In this document: positions 31,140 to 41,991 of the stretch, piece by piece
How the letters are laid out: every line of letters begins with the position of its first letter
How positions within the stretch are numbered: position 1 is the first letter of the stretch
Assembly (NCBI GenBank): GCA_965261595.1
Contig: CBDHDG010000005.1
Span: 480,001 to 544,000, forward strand
DNA: 64,000 bases
Direction: 5' to 3'
From: a bacterium
GTDB lineage: Bacteria > UBA8248 > JACPRG01 > G963555815
The notes under the pieces: model-generated
What the model saw: the letters and a program-made list of their open reading frames with translations, nothing else
Databases searched by the model: none
Told to the model about the DNA's origin: nothing
Position numbers and translations under genes: made by a program

Positions 31140-31757
31140 ATGAGAACGATCACGATAGGGCTGACCCTGCTTTTGGGGACGAGTTTAACTGTTTCTCCGG
31201 TATTTGCATCGAACGAATATCGAGATGAATTTCGGGAACATCTTACAAACGTTTGTTTTGGGGTCGCTATCGAAACAATCAAAACAGGAAATATGACTAA
31301 AGAAGATTCTATCAGCTTCCTCGGATCAATAATGCTTTTCGCAGACCCAAAATTCTACAAACAATTGTATCCTCACCTAAAGAAAAGGGCGATGGAAGGG
31401 AGATTAAAACTGTACGAAAGATTTTCCTCTCCTTGCAAGGAAAAGGCTGAACGGTATAAGCTCGGAGAAAAAACGTTCTACTATAAAGAGATATCTAAAT
31501 ATGTAACGAAATCCTGCCTAAACAGAGTTACCACCCTCTTGACTCAGGATGGACTGACCGGGGGGCGGGCTCGAATCGCGGCAAAGAAAGCGATGATAGA
31601 GATTTTTTCCACTACCAACAAGTTTATTTACGCCGCAGTTGTCGGGAAAACTAAGAAAGAGAGAATGCGATTTTACTCCGCAGCGAAAATAGTGTGCACG
31701 GGGGAAGTAAATCGGGGATATGAAAAAGCGAAAAAGATCCTTGAAATTACACCGTAA
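31140..31757 (+). CDS. Exported hypothetical protein with internal duplication
   Basis: GGGAGG RBS, signal peptide ending PVFA, two similar Cys-containing halves. Confidence 0.75.
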   Translation: MRTITIGLTLLLGTSLTVSPVFASNEYRDEFREHLTNVCFGVAIETIKTGNMTKEDSISFLGSIMLFADPKFYKQLYPHLKKRAMEGRLKLYERFSSPCKEKAERYKLGEKTFYYKEISKYVTKSCLNRVTTLLTQDGLTGGRARIAAKKAMIEIFSTTNKFIYAAVVGKTKKERMRFYSAAKIVCTGEVNRGYEKAKKILEITP

Positions 31758-32164
31758 CACCTGTAAATTCTCTCCCAGAAACCAACAACCCCTCCAAAGA
31801 GGCCGGGGAGGGGTCGCGGCATCGCACCTGAAACGGCCTCAAACGAAGAGGTGATAGATGATTTTCTCTTAAAAGTAGAAAGCCCCAAGAGCTGCAGGCT
31901 CGAAGGGCAATCTGGGGGTAGATATAGTCTCAGCACCAATTGAGATGAATTTACTCCCTTCACAAAAAAATGTCAAGACCGAATTTTCTGCGGGTGCGTC
32001 TTGGCGGAGGAGGGAGTTTTGACCCATGTCCGAAAAGCACATATTCAAAAGAATTCTGCCAGACCCAGAAGGCAATGATGTTGTGATTGAAGAGACGGAA
32101 GAGGTTTGTGAAATCAACGGAGTCAAACTACGGCACCTAAACATGGACGGAGAGGAGAAACCGC

Positions 32165-33040
32165 TCAATCAAAGCAGCCCTGCATGAACACGTCGAAGGC
32201 GTCCCCTCGGCCTCGATTGTTGTACTTCCAGCAAGCCTCGGCAACGTACAAGGGGGTGTAGATCTTCTGGTAGTGGTGATGCGATCCGTACCAGGCCCGC
32301 TTGAGGAGGGACCAGAAGCCTTCAATCGTGTTGGTGTGCCTCTCCTCCTGGACGTAGCTTTCGGCGTGGTTGATCACGGCGTGGCGGAACGTGGACCGGA
32401 TGGCGCGATATGACGGGTATTCATCTGTCATGACCACGGAGTTTTTCGGGTTGACCGCGCTCCTGATGAATTCCAGGACTCCCCGGCCCGTCAAGTCCGT
32501 GGCGACCTGAGCTATGACTCTCCCGCCTCGCTCGACCGCTCCAATCACGGGAGTTTTACTAGTTCCACGTCCGCGCGGGTTCTTCGGGCCGCCGTCCCGG
32601 CTGTTCTTCTTCCGGGGCTTTCCGCCGATGTATGTTTCATCCGTCTCGACAATTCCCTCCAGGAAGGAGGACTGTCCGGACGCCATCTCGGAGCGGATAC
32701 GAACCTGGAGATACCAGGCCGTGGGCTGAGTGAGTTCGAGGTCCCGAGCAAGTTGATGGCTCGACAGGCTCTTCTTTGCGTTGAGGATCAGCCCGATGGC
32801 GAGAAACCATTTCTGAAGGGGTATCTTCGTCTTCCGGAAGATGGTCCCGGCCAGGACGTTGAAGCTGGATTTGCAATCGTGGCAATTCCAACGGCCCATC
32901 CTGTTTCCTTCGACCTTCCGAGCAACGTCGATGCTTCCGCAATATGCGCAGCACGGCGTGTCTCCCCAACGGACGAGCTCAAGATGTCTGATGCAGGATT
33001 TTTGATTCGGGAATCTTTTGAAGATGGTGATCAGGTTCAT
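32165..33040 (-). CDS. IS1595-family transposase
   Basis: Zn ribbon, ETDETYIGG, MTDEY, HTNTIEGFWSLLKR. Confidence 0.95.
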   Translation of the reverse strand: MNLITIFKRFPNQKSCIRHLELVRWGDTPCCAYCGSIDVARKVEGNRMGRWNCHDCKSSFNVLAGTIFRKTKIPLQKWFLAIGLILNAKKSLSSHQLARDLELTQPTAWYLQVRIRSEMASGQSSFLEGIVETDETYIGGKPRKKNSRDGGPKNPRGRGTSKTPVIGAVERGGRVIAQVATDLTGRGVLEFIRSAVNPKNSVVMTDEYPSYRAIRSTFRHAVINHAESYVQEERHTNTIEGFWSLLKRAWYGSHHHYQKIYTPLYVAEACWKYNNRGRGDAFDVFMQGCFD

Positions 33041-33113
33041 TCGAGGCTTCCTCCTTACCCCTAAATATAGGACAAAGGAAGGACGTTGTCAAGCCCCTAA
33101 GTTATCATTGCGT

Positions 33114-33398
33114 ACAAATATACCGTATGCTTTTGGATAAATGGGTGGGAAAGGCGATAACGAGTTTTAAATTCCTTTACAGCCTCTCTGATTTTTTGCA
33201 AGGGGATTTTGTACTGCGCCTGAAATCTTTAATGGCAAGAACCTGAATAAGATCTCTGAATGTAACTATTCGATCATTGTAGAAATCTGGCGTAACCACG
33301 CTCTCATGTTTGCCATGACCATACAGCCATCTAGTTACTAGCGTGGGTATAGACATTGGCATAAAATGCCGCCTCACGGGGGGTATAAATTCCGACAC
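33114..33398 (-). pseudogene. DUF433 antitoxin, 5' fragment (1-bp frameshift)
   Basis: RWLYG...TFRDLIQVLAIKDFR, then in a shifted frame QYKIPLQKIREAVKEF...SHPF. Confidence 0.65.
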
Positions 33399-33553
33399 CT
33401 AGAATCGGCTTGTCGTTTTGAATTTTCTGTTCGATGTTCATCTCCAGGGCTATATGGCCCTGGACAAACTACCCCCAAGGCCACTATATTGGACATGGCG
33501 GCGATGGGAGTGGCCGCCAGTCTCGCTGAGAATCACCTGGCCGTGGTCCTCGG

Positions 33554-34460
33554 TTACTTGCCGACCGGGGAATAGTCTCCGTGTTTTCCTGATCGGACCT
33601 TTTTCACCCGCCGGCCACGGCTTTGTACATGGCCGCGTCATCATCCCTGTGATTATACCTGAAAGCGTACTCGTCAATATACCCCTGGAGATGCTTTTTA
33701 CTCACAGAGTGGTAAACCCCCGAGATTCCTCGCTTTAGCAGGCCCCAGACCCGTCAGTCGTGTTCGTGTGGACGTTCCCGATCACGTAGATTTTCTGTGC
33801 GTGAGGGATTCGCCGGTGGCGGTATCCATCCCTGCGGAGGTGGTCATAGGACGGCCATTCATCCGTGTAGACCATCGAATCCTGAAGCACAAATTCCTTG
33901 ATGATTGGGTCAAGGCTTTTCTTGCTTGCATCCGTCGTCACTAAAGCGGCGACCTTCCCGCCCCTTTCAACCAGTCCGAAAACTGGGGTCTTGTGCGAAT
34001 CCTTGCCCGGACGCCCAACCTTGCCGCCCCGACGTCGACCGCCCATGTAGGTCTCGTCAGCCTCTACCTCACCCGACAGCCTTTCGATTTCCTCACCAAG
34101 CAGAGAACGGATCTTGTTGAACATTCTCCAGGCGGTCTTGTACGTGACCCCCAGTTCCCGCTCAAGCTGTTTGGCCGATATTCCGCAACGGGTGCTGGAC
34201 ATGAGATACAGGGCATAGAACCACGATTTCAGGGACGTGCGCGACTTCTCGAAAATCGTCCCGGCAAGCGGATAGACGTGCGTCCCGCATCGGTCGCACG
34301 AGTACGCCTTGCGCCTGCTCTTGAGTTGGTGGTGTTTGGTGACTTCCCTGCAAGCCCGGCAATCAATCCCATTTGGGTAAATCTCACCCACCAGTAAATC
34401 GAGACAGGCATCGTCATCGGGGAAATCTTCGTTGAAATCCTTGATTGTGTACCGTTCCAT
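33554..34460 (-). CDS. IS1595-family transposase of the outer element, frameshift near 33750
   Basis: Zn ribbon, EADETYMGG, YTDEW, HTNT; continues WGLLKRGISGVYHSVSKKHLQGYIDEYAFRYN. Confidence 0.88.
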
Positions 34461-34631
34461 GCCTATATCCTCCCTTTCACTCCTTGAATATAGGCCCTGG
34501 TATACGTGCTGTCAAGGGATAATTACATCCGGGAAATCACCCTGGAAAGCGGCATTCGTGGCGCCTTGGATTGGTTTGGACGCCGTTTTCATCACCATCC
34601 GCGGACCCGCTCCGGACCCGGCGACGCCTCG

Positions 34632-34916
34632 GGCATGGAATCGCCTGTCCGCCGGCGTCCCGGGCGTGGATTGTTCCCGCTGAAGGCGGCGTCCCCCCCC
34701 CCCCCTCCCGTTCCGGATTCCGCCCAAAGGCTCGGTGATCCATTCCGGGTTTGTCGAAGTCAGGTGGTTCAACAGGGCTGCTGTCGCCAAAATTTCTGCC
34801 TCCCGCGGCGATGAGGCCATCGCCTCCGCCTCACCCCTGAAAGCCTTTGCGGCATCCTCCAGGCTGATAGAGCCTGGGTTGGTCTTCAATTTTCGGATCG
34901 TGGCCAACATCGTCAT
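34632..34916 (-). CDS. Small hypothetical protein (end uncertain, C run)
   Basis: MTMLATIRKLKTNPG...AALLNHL with RBS, downstream of the reconstructed sigma54 promoter. Confidence 0.35.
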
Positions 34917-35092
34917 CTTCCTCAACTCCCCCCATCCTTTCGCCAAACCCGGTTGCGGGCGCGTCGAACCAGCGATATACCGCAATGCCGGGCGGCTCGA
35001 AATTAAGCCCCAATTTTCACTTCTCCCCAAGATATGTAACTCAAGAACTGTGGACTTACCCCGGTTTCATGGAGAGTTAAGCACTTGGGTTT

Positions 35093-35941
35093 TCAGGGTG
35101 TGCGTTGTTGTCTCCTTTCGTAGTTAACGGGTGACAGGTTGTCGATGGAGGAGTGCCGACGATGCGGGTTGTAGAAGCCCTCGATGAACCCGAACACCTC
35201 CATGCGCGCCTCGGCCCGGGTGCGGAAACTGTGGCGAGCGAGGAGCTCGCACTCCAGCGTGGCGAAAAAGCTCTCACACAGCGCGTTGTCGTAGCAGTCC
35301 CCGACCGAACCCATGGAGGGACGCCCGCCCGCCTGCCGGCAGCGCTGCCCAAAGGCGACCGAGGTGTACTGCGTGCCCTGGTCGGAGTGGTGGATGACGG
35401 CCCGGGGACGGCGCTTATACAGCGCCATGTCAAGCGCGTCGAGCACCAACTCGGCCCGCAGGTGTGTGGCCATCGACCACCCCACGATGCGCCGGCTGAA
35501 CGCATCGAGCGCCACGGCCAGATACAAAAACCCCGCCCATGTCGGAACGTAGGTGATGTCGGCCACCCACAGCCGGTCGGGGGCCTCGGCCGTGAAGTTG
35601 CGGTCCACCAGATCAGGGGCCGGCCGCGCCTCCTGCCGGCGCTGCGTCGTGCGCGCTCCCTTGCGCCGACTGACGCCCGCAAGTCCCGCCCCACGCATCA
35701 GCCTGGCGACGCGCTTGCGGCCCACACGCACTCCCTCAGCCTCCAACTCGGCATGGACGCGCGGCACGCCGTAAGTCCCCCGAGAACGCTCGTGGATCGC
35801 CTGAATGCGTTTGGTGAGCGCCCGATCGGCACACGAGCGGGCACACGGCGCGCGCCTGCGCCACGCGTAGTAGCCGCTGGAGGAGACGCCCAGCACCCGG
35901 CACATGGTGGCGGTCCGATACATGGCCTGGTTCGCCCTCAC
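35093..35941 (-). CDS. IS3 transposase OrfB
   Basis: WVADITY, HHSDQGTQY, DNALCESFF. Confidence 0.93.
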   Translation of the reverse strand: MRANQAMYRTATMCRVLGVSSSGYYAWRRRAPCARSCADRALTKRIQAIHERSRGTYGVPRVHAELEAEGVRVGRKRVARLMRGAGLAGVSRRKGARTTQRRQEARPAPDLVDRNFTAEAPDRLWVADITYVPTWAGFLYLAVALDAFSRRIVGWSMATHLRAELVLDALDMALYKRRPRAVIHHSDQGTQYTSVAFGQRCRQAGGRPSMGSVGDCYDNALCESFFATLECELLARHSFRTRAEARMEVFGFIEGFYNPHRRHSSIDNLSPVNYERRQQRTP

Positions 35942-36252
35942 GAACCCGTAGATCCGGACGGGATCGAATCGGTCTCCCGAGCAAACCAGGCCGCGGCTTT
36001 TGCTAAGATCTCCCGCTCCTGGCGGAGCTGTCGGTTCTCGCGGCGAAGTCGGCGCAACTCCTCCCGCTCATCGCTCGTGAGCCCGTCTTTGCGACGCCCC
36101 TCGTCAACGTCGGCTTGATGGGCCCAGGTGCGGATCGTCTGCGCCGAGGGCTCGAACTCGTGCGCCAGCGCCTCGGGCGTGCGTCCCGCCCGGACCAACT
36201 CTACCATCTGGCAGCGGAACTCCATTGGATAGCGTGGGTGAGTCTGTGGCAT
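35938..36252 (-). CDS. IS3 transposase OrfA
   Basis: YPMEFR...QTIRTW...EREILAKAAAWF. Confidence 0.92.
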   Translation of the reverse strand: MPQTHPRYPMEFRCQMVELVRAGRTPEALAHEFEPSAQTIRTWAHQADVDEGRRKDGLTSDEREELRRLRRENRQLRQEREILAKAAAWFARETDSIPSGSTGS

Positions 36253-36417
36253 CGTGAACACCTCCTTTACCCCCAAATCATCAGGTGTCCACCAAACCGG
36301 GTCAACTCCACTGTGCCAATATTGAGCATTCGTTGTAATTCTTTAATTATCAAATGGATACTCAAATATACCAATATCGGACTTGTGTCTGAACAAGGAT
36401 TTTTGATACAACCATTC

Positions 36418-36453
36418 GTCTCATTGATGTCTCATGGTGTCTCATTTGAGACA
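36418..36453. promoter_or_regulatory. Putative enhancer-binding-protein UAS
   Basis: Three GTCTCAT repeats and the palindrome TGTCTCA-TT-TGAGACA. Confidence 0.5.
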
Positions 36454-36707
36454 GAAATGGGGAGAAATCGACACTATTGTTTACAATGATATTTTTTATT
36501 ATTTCGTGCCTTGATTCGTCCCGGGTGACTCGGGACGGAGAATTGCCCGAGGGTCCCGGTGAATGGATAATGCTGAATGAAAGGATTGACCCGATGACTT
36601 GCCAGCTCCATCCATACTATGGCATGTTCGTCTTCGGGCGAGACCCGGGAGGCGGGCCTTCCGGCGTTGTTAAGGGATGATGAGTAAGGAAACGTTGGGA
36701 GAGCCTG

Positions 36708-38033
36708 ATGAACAAACAATTCACACTTCCGGCGTCCGAGTTGATTGAAATGGTGAGGGACGCCCGCGAGCGCACGCTCGAGATGATCGCCGACTTGAAC
36801 GAGGACCAGTTGACGGTGCCGATGATGGAAGTCGTCAACCCGTTTCGCTGGGAGCTCGGCCACATCGGTTTCTTTTTCGACGCGTTCGTTCTGGGGGGCT
36901 TCGGGGCCGGCGGGTCCGTCCTGGCCGGGGCCGAGAAGCTGTACGATTCATTCAAGGTGGACCATGACGACCGCTGGAGCCTCCCGCTCCCCTCCAGGGA
37001 CGAGGTGTTGGCCTATCTGAAGGGGCTCGATGATCGGGTCGTCGAGCGGTTGCGCGATCATGAGCCCGACGCCCGGGAAACGTATCTGTGCCTTCTTGCG
37101 GTCTCCCATGAAGACATGCATTGCGAGGCCTTCACGTACATGAGGCAGTCCCTGGGATATACGGGACCGATCCTGAGCGTTCATCAGGGTGCGGACCCCG
37201 CCGCGTTCGGGGGGGAGGAGGGGGGGCCGCTGCCCGGCGACGTGGAGATCCCCGGCGGCGTGTTTCAGTTGGGCGCGTCGCCCGATGACCCGTTCATATT
37301 CGACAACGAAAGATGGGCCCATCCGGTCGAGGCGCCCCCGTTCCGAATGGCCCGGGCGGCCGTGACGAACGGAGAATACAGCCGGTTCGTCGAGGAGGGC
37401 GGATATTCGCGGAACGATTTGTGGAGCCATCAGGGTTGGGTCTGGCGCACGAAGACCGGGCCTGCGCGCCCCCTCTATTGGGAGCGCGGAGAGGAGGGGT
37501 GGCTGCGCCGGCGGTTCGATCGGCTGGTCGCCCTGAAGGAGCACGCCCCCGTCGTTCATGTGAGCTGGTACGAGGCGGAGGCGTACTGCAATTGGGCGGG
37601 CAGGCGGCTACCCACCGAGGCGGAGTGGGAGCTGGCGGCCAGTGCGGCACCGGACGGCGGCCAAGGCGTCTCGGACCGGAAGCGGCGGTATCCATGGGGG
37701 GACGAGCCGCCCGCTCCCGAGCACGCGAACCTGGACGGGCGGTTCTCGGGGTGCGTCGACGTCGGGGCCTTCCCGGCCGGCGACAGCGCGTTCGGCTGCC
37801 GCCAGATGGTCGGCAACGTCTGGGAATGGACGGCGTCCGCCTTCTATCCCTTTCCCGGGTATATCGTGGACACGCCGTACCGGGAGTATTCCGCGCCCTG
37901 GTTCGGTTACCGCAAGGTGTTGAAGGGCGGGTCCTGGGCCACCCGGTCCCGGCTTGTCTGGAACACGTACCGCAACTTCTTCCCGCCGGAGCGCCGGGAC
38001 GTCTTCGCGGGATTCCGGACCTGCGCGCTTTGA
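36708..38033 (+). CDS. EgtB/SenA-family non-heme iron enzyme (selenoneine synthase-like)
   Basis: DinB-like domain NPFRWELGH...HEDMHCEA..YMRQSLGY plus FGE domain ending YRNFFPPERRDVFAGFRTC. Confidence 0.8.
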   Translation: MNKQFTLPASELIEMVRDARERTLEMIADLNEDQLTVPMMEVVNPFRWELGHIGFFFDAFVLGGFGAGGSVLAGAEKLYDSFKVDHDDRWSLPLPSRDEVLAYLKGLDDRVVERLRDHEPDARETYLCLLAVSHEDMHCEAFTYMRQSLGYTGPILSVHQGADPAAFGGEEGGPLPGDVEIPGGVFQLGASPDDPFIFDNERWAHPVEAPPFRMARAAVTNGEYSRFVEEGGYSRNDLWSHQGWVWRTKTGPARPLYWERGEEGWLRRRFDRLVALKEHAPVVHVSWYEAEAYCNWAGRRLPTEAEWELAASAAPDGGQGVSDRKRRYPWGDEPPAPEHANLDGRFSGCVDVGAFPAGDSAFGCRQMVGNVWEWTASAFYPFPGYIVDTPYREYSAPWFGYRKVLKGGSWATRSRLVWNTYRNFFPPERRDVFAGFRTCAL

Positions 38034-38170
38034 GGGCGGGGGGTGTCTGTTTATCTCCGCGCGGCCCGAGACCATCGAGAACAAAAACCGATGGAAATTG
38101 ACTCATTGAATGAGATGAGTTGTCGGGTCCGGCTTTCTCGCCGCCAACCAGGATTGAGAAGGAAGGTGAA

Positions 38171-39215
38171 ATGATGAATGGTTCCCGTTGTTTATTCCGT
38201 GTGCGGCCTTTCTTCCCGTTTTTGCCGCTTCTTGCTTCTTTCGTCTTCGGTTTTTCCGTTTCCGCGTTCGCGCAATCGGGACCTGTGGCCGCCCCGGCGA
38301 CACCCGTCCTGCTGGCCCAGGCCAACCAGGTTCTCGTGAGAGACTTTCTAGGAAAGCGGCTCGCCCGAGCGAGAGCGGTTCTCCGCGGCAGGGGGCTCAG
38401 GGTGAATGTCCTGTATGAGTGGACCGGAAGTCGGTACGACGCGAATCGCGTTCGGCGACAGGACCCTCCGCCCAACACGCGGGTCATCCGGGGTTCCACC
38501 GTCACCTTGACGGTCTGGGGCTATGGCGGGCCGAGGCCTGTCGTGCAACGGGTGATCGTTCCCGATCTCCGCGAACCGCTTCCTCAGGCAAGCTAATTCC
38601 GAGCTGCGGCTCCGCGGCCTCAAGAATCAACGGTTCCGCTCGAATGATTTCGCCCGTACGTGGGACCGCGATCTCGCCCTCGGGGGCCGCGTTTTCTGGC
38701 AAGACCGCGCGCCCGGCACGCTGGTGAGAAGGGGTTCGATCGTCCGTCTCCGTGTCTATGTGCTTCGCACGGGTCGGACCACCACGGTCCCTGACCTGAG
38801 ATTTGCGGACATCTACTCGGCCCGGATCGGATACCATCAGGCGGGCTTGAACGTCAGGACCATCACCTATTCGACCACCCAGGATTAGCGTCTTCATGGG
38901 ACCGTGTTGTCCACACGGCCCCCGGCCGGACGCGTCGTGCCCGCGAGGTCCCCGATCGACGTGCGCATTCGCATCAAGCGGGTGAGTTCCGACCGGTCGG
39001 GAGTGCACGGGGTGCCGAACCTGCTCAACCAGGACCTGAGCCGGGCCCTTCGCGGACTTTTCAATGCGTACCACAAGCTCAGGTTCATCAACGTTGTGAA
39101 CACGCGAGACTATAAAAGGCACGGTCTCGTGTCTTCTCAAAGCGTTTCGCCCGGGGTCCGAATACACAACAGGAACCAGGTCGGTCTAAACGTGGACTTC
39201 AAGATGTTGCGTTGA
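38171..39215 (+). pseudogene. Exported multi-PASTA-domain protein, disrupted
   Basis: Signal peptide; about four repeats starting VRDFLG/VPDLR/VPNLL and ending like QDPPPNTRV..GSTVTL; frameshifts and a TAG. Confidence 0.7.
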
Positions 39216-39556
39216 CGGCGGGAGGCCCTGCAAAATCCCGCGGCCAGGGTCCGGTTCTCCGAATCCGGATTCCCTCGAAGAAGGGCGGAATTTCGATGGA
39301 CACAAGTCAGACATCTGTCCCGAGAGCCGGCCGTTCGTCTTCCCAAGGGATCCCTTTGGGGGGCGCTCCATCACGAAAGCGGGAGAGAGGGGGTCGAGGC
39401 CCGGTTTCAATCGTCGGTCCGATTTGAAACTCCATGGCGCCAAGGCCATCCGAGATGCCTCCGCGCTACACCGCATAGAGAGGTTTCGCATCACCCGAGC
39501 GGCGTCCGGCGTCGAGACAAAAGCGTTGTGAGAAATCCAGGCCAATTCCAGGAAAG

Positions 39557-40429
39557 ATGGGGAGGATCGGAAAGATGAGAACGGGTCGAAATTTCAGGGT
39601 CGGCCGGTCGGCGCTTTCGCTTGGTGCGGGCTCTCTGATGTTGACGGCCGTCTTGTTGAGCGCCTCATCCGTGTTCGCGGGAATCAAGTACATCTCCCTT
39701 GGAAACCCGTTTCCGACCTTCACGCCCACTCAGCGCACGGCGTTGTTCCACGGAAGGAATCAGATCAGGTTTCACGGGACAGGGGTGAACCTCGCCACGA
39801 AGATTAGGTTTCCCGCCCGTCACGCCATGATCAGCGCCAAGATCAAAAAGAGAAAAAGCAAAAAGTTGAGCGTCACGGTCTTTGTGTCGTTGGGGACGCC
39901 GTTGGGATCGGGCAGGGCGGCCCTGCACTATCCCGTGGGGAAGAGCCGCTTCAACTGTCGGGTCTTCCGGCGGGGCACGGTTATGTCCATTCGTGCGAAC
40001 CGCACCACCGCGGACCTGGATGACAGGGTCCGGGTGACTTTCCGGGGCATGTTCTTCGGAAGCAATACGACGTGGAATTACGTGCCGGCGGGCAACAATT
40101 TGCGGTTGTTCAAAAACACCCGCCGGGTGGGGAATGGAACCGACGGCCGGGTCGTTTTCGATGTCACTCCGGTAGTTTGCGGCCGGTTCGATATTTCCCC
40201 CTGGATGTTGGCGGACGCCGGGTCTCCTGACACGCCCGGCGCCATCGGCGGCGTGATGCACACTCGGCGGGGATACCTGGGCGCGAACAACAGAGTGAAA
40301 TTCAGGTTGACCGTGCGCGCGGCCGCCGGCCAGCGGTGCCCGTATCGGCCTCCCCCGCCTCCCCCAACGACGTCTACTTCTTGCGCCCCGGGCTTCGTTT
40401 TCAGAAATGGCCAATGCGTCCGCCCCTAA
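39557..40429 (+). CDS. Exported basic hypothetical protein with Pro linker and Cys-rich tail
   Basis: Signal peptide ending SVFA; CPYRPPPPPPTTSTSCAPGFVFRNGQC. Confidence 0.7.
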   Translation: MGRIGKMRTGRNFRVGRSALSLGAGSLMLTAVLLSASSVFAGIKYISLGNPFPTFTPTQRTALFHGRNQIRFHGTGVNLATKIRFPARHAMISAKIKKRKSKKLSVTVFVSLGTPLGSGRAALHYPVGKSRFNCRVFRRGTVMSIRANRTTADLDDRVRVTFRGMFFGSNTTWNYVPAGNNLRLFKNTRRVGNGTDGRVVFDVTPVVCGRFDISPWMLADAGSPDTPGAIGGVMHTRRGYLGANNRVKFRLTVRAAAGQRCPYRPPPPPPTTSTSCAPGFVFRNGQCVRP

Positions 40430-41991
40430 ACGCGGCCGTATCACCCATGGAGGGGAAAACCCAACAGGAATGATGGAGTCGGCCCATTCCCCCCCCCGAA
40501 GGGATATTTTTCAAGGGCGAACGACCCATGGCTTCCATGGGAGTGAATCCTTCCAACCGTTCCAGCCCGAATGAATTCATCGGAGGAAAATCCATGAAGA
40601 CCCTCTTCCCGACCCGGAGAAAAGCGGCGGTCCTCATCGCCGGATTCATCACCGTCTTCTTGGTGATCCCGTCCTCCCCCTCCCCGGCGGAGGCGGCGTG
40701 CCGGTGGACGGTGAAGGGCTTTGTGTTCGTCCGGGACAATCTATTTGTGACTTCCGGCGCGAAAGCTCGGCCTCTGAAAGGGGCGAAAGCAACGGTTTGG
40801 TTGTCGACCATCAATCATGGCGGGTGGCGAAAGTTGGGCCGGACCACGATCAATTCAGCCGGCAAATACTCCGTCAGCGGGAAGCCAGCTGAAAGCGGCC
40901 CCATTGGCTGCAAGAAGAAACGCAGAATCCGCGTCCAGGTGAAGCTTGACAACACCATCGCCCGCGTCATGCGGCATCCGGCCCCGACGGCCTGGAACCA
41001 CACCATCCGGTCTACGAACAAGCGATCCGGTCCGGTCATCAGCCTCGGCGCATACACCTACCGATTCTACGACGATAAGAAGCCGAGAACCGCGGTGACA
41101 AGATACACCGCGACGAAGGCCGCCACGATGTTTTTGGCCTACCAGCGGGTCTATCGGAAGCTGAAGTCCTGGGACCTGAAACCCAAGAAGGCCAATCTGC
41201 TCTATCCCGATGGGGCGGGCGACAATAATTACTTGGGATTCAGCGATCCCGCGTGTTGCGTAAAGATCGCCCGGAACTGGTTCTCGCACAACGGCCGCGC
41301 ATGGCGGGTCAGGGAGCTGACCCTCGAGCTTGTCCCACCAGTGGTTCAACAAACGTGTGTTCACGCCGGGGTTTATCAGCGGGAAGTCCTTCGGCACGCA
41401 CGACTTCCTGGAAACCACGGAATTGACGCTTTATGAAGAATTCGCCGAATTTGCCGCCGTCGAGCTCAACTACGCCATCTACGGGATTTCCAATTCCGGG
41501 AACGCGAGCATCCGCACCCGGCGGGGCGTCTACAAGAAGTTCCGCGACGCCACGCATGGCGATCCGAAGGTGAAGTACTACAAGGGGCGAACCCTCCGGA
41601 GCATGGTCCACGGGAACACGTCCAAATGGAGGAAAGACCTCTACCGGTCGAAGACCTCCGTCCGGAACTATCTTCGTCTGTTGACGGTCAAGGACTGGCA
41701 CTGGCTGGACTTCGGCGGCAGCTACCGGAGGGGAAACGATTGGGCGGCGGCCATCCCCGCGGCGGAGCGGAGCAAGTACGACTGCTCGCGCCTCAGGTCG
41801 CCGATGTTCTCCCCGCGCCGGTTGATGCGGCTCGCCAAGGCGTGGAAGGACCGGAGCCCCAACCGCAAGATTCGCACCCCGCGCGGCATCAAGCAATTCT
41901 ATGATTTCCTGGCCGCCCGGGACAGCCGGTTCAAACCGCTGAAAACACACTTCCTGCGCCTTGGCAATCCCCATTTCGCCGGAAAGGTGAG

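Larger units (their letters stand above)
30824..33113 (-). mobile_element. IS1595-family transposon (inner) with passenger gene
   Basis: Perfect 29-bp TIRs ACGCAATGATAACTTAGGGGCTTGACAAC; flanks ATAAATAT / ACAAATAT (7/8). Confidence 0.92.
29754..34527 (-). mobile_element. IS1595-family transposon (outer) with toxin-antitoxin passenger
   Basis: TIRs GTAACTACCCCCTTACAGCACGTAT and (reverse complement) GTAATTATCCCTTGACAGCACGTAT, 21/25 identical; 8-bp TSD TCCGGGAA at 29746-29753 and 34528-34535. Confidence 0.88.
35051..36310 (-). mobile_element. IS3-family element
   Basis: IRs TGGACTTACCCCGGTTTCATGGAGA and (reverse complement) TGGAGTTGACCCGGTTTGGTGGACA; 3-bp TSD CTG. Confidence 0.93.

Noticed and set aside
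38887..38889. In-frame TAG in the PASTA gene as pyrrolysine
   Set aside because: The gene has other disruptions and no pyl context.
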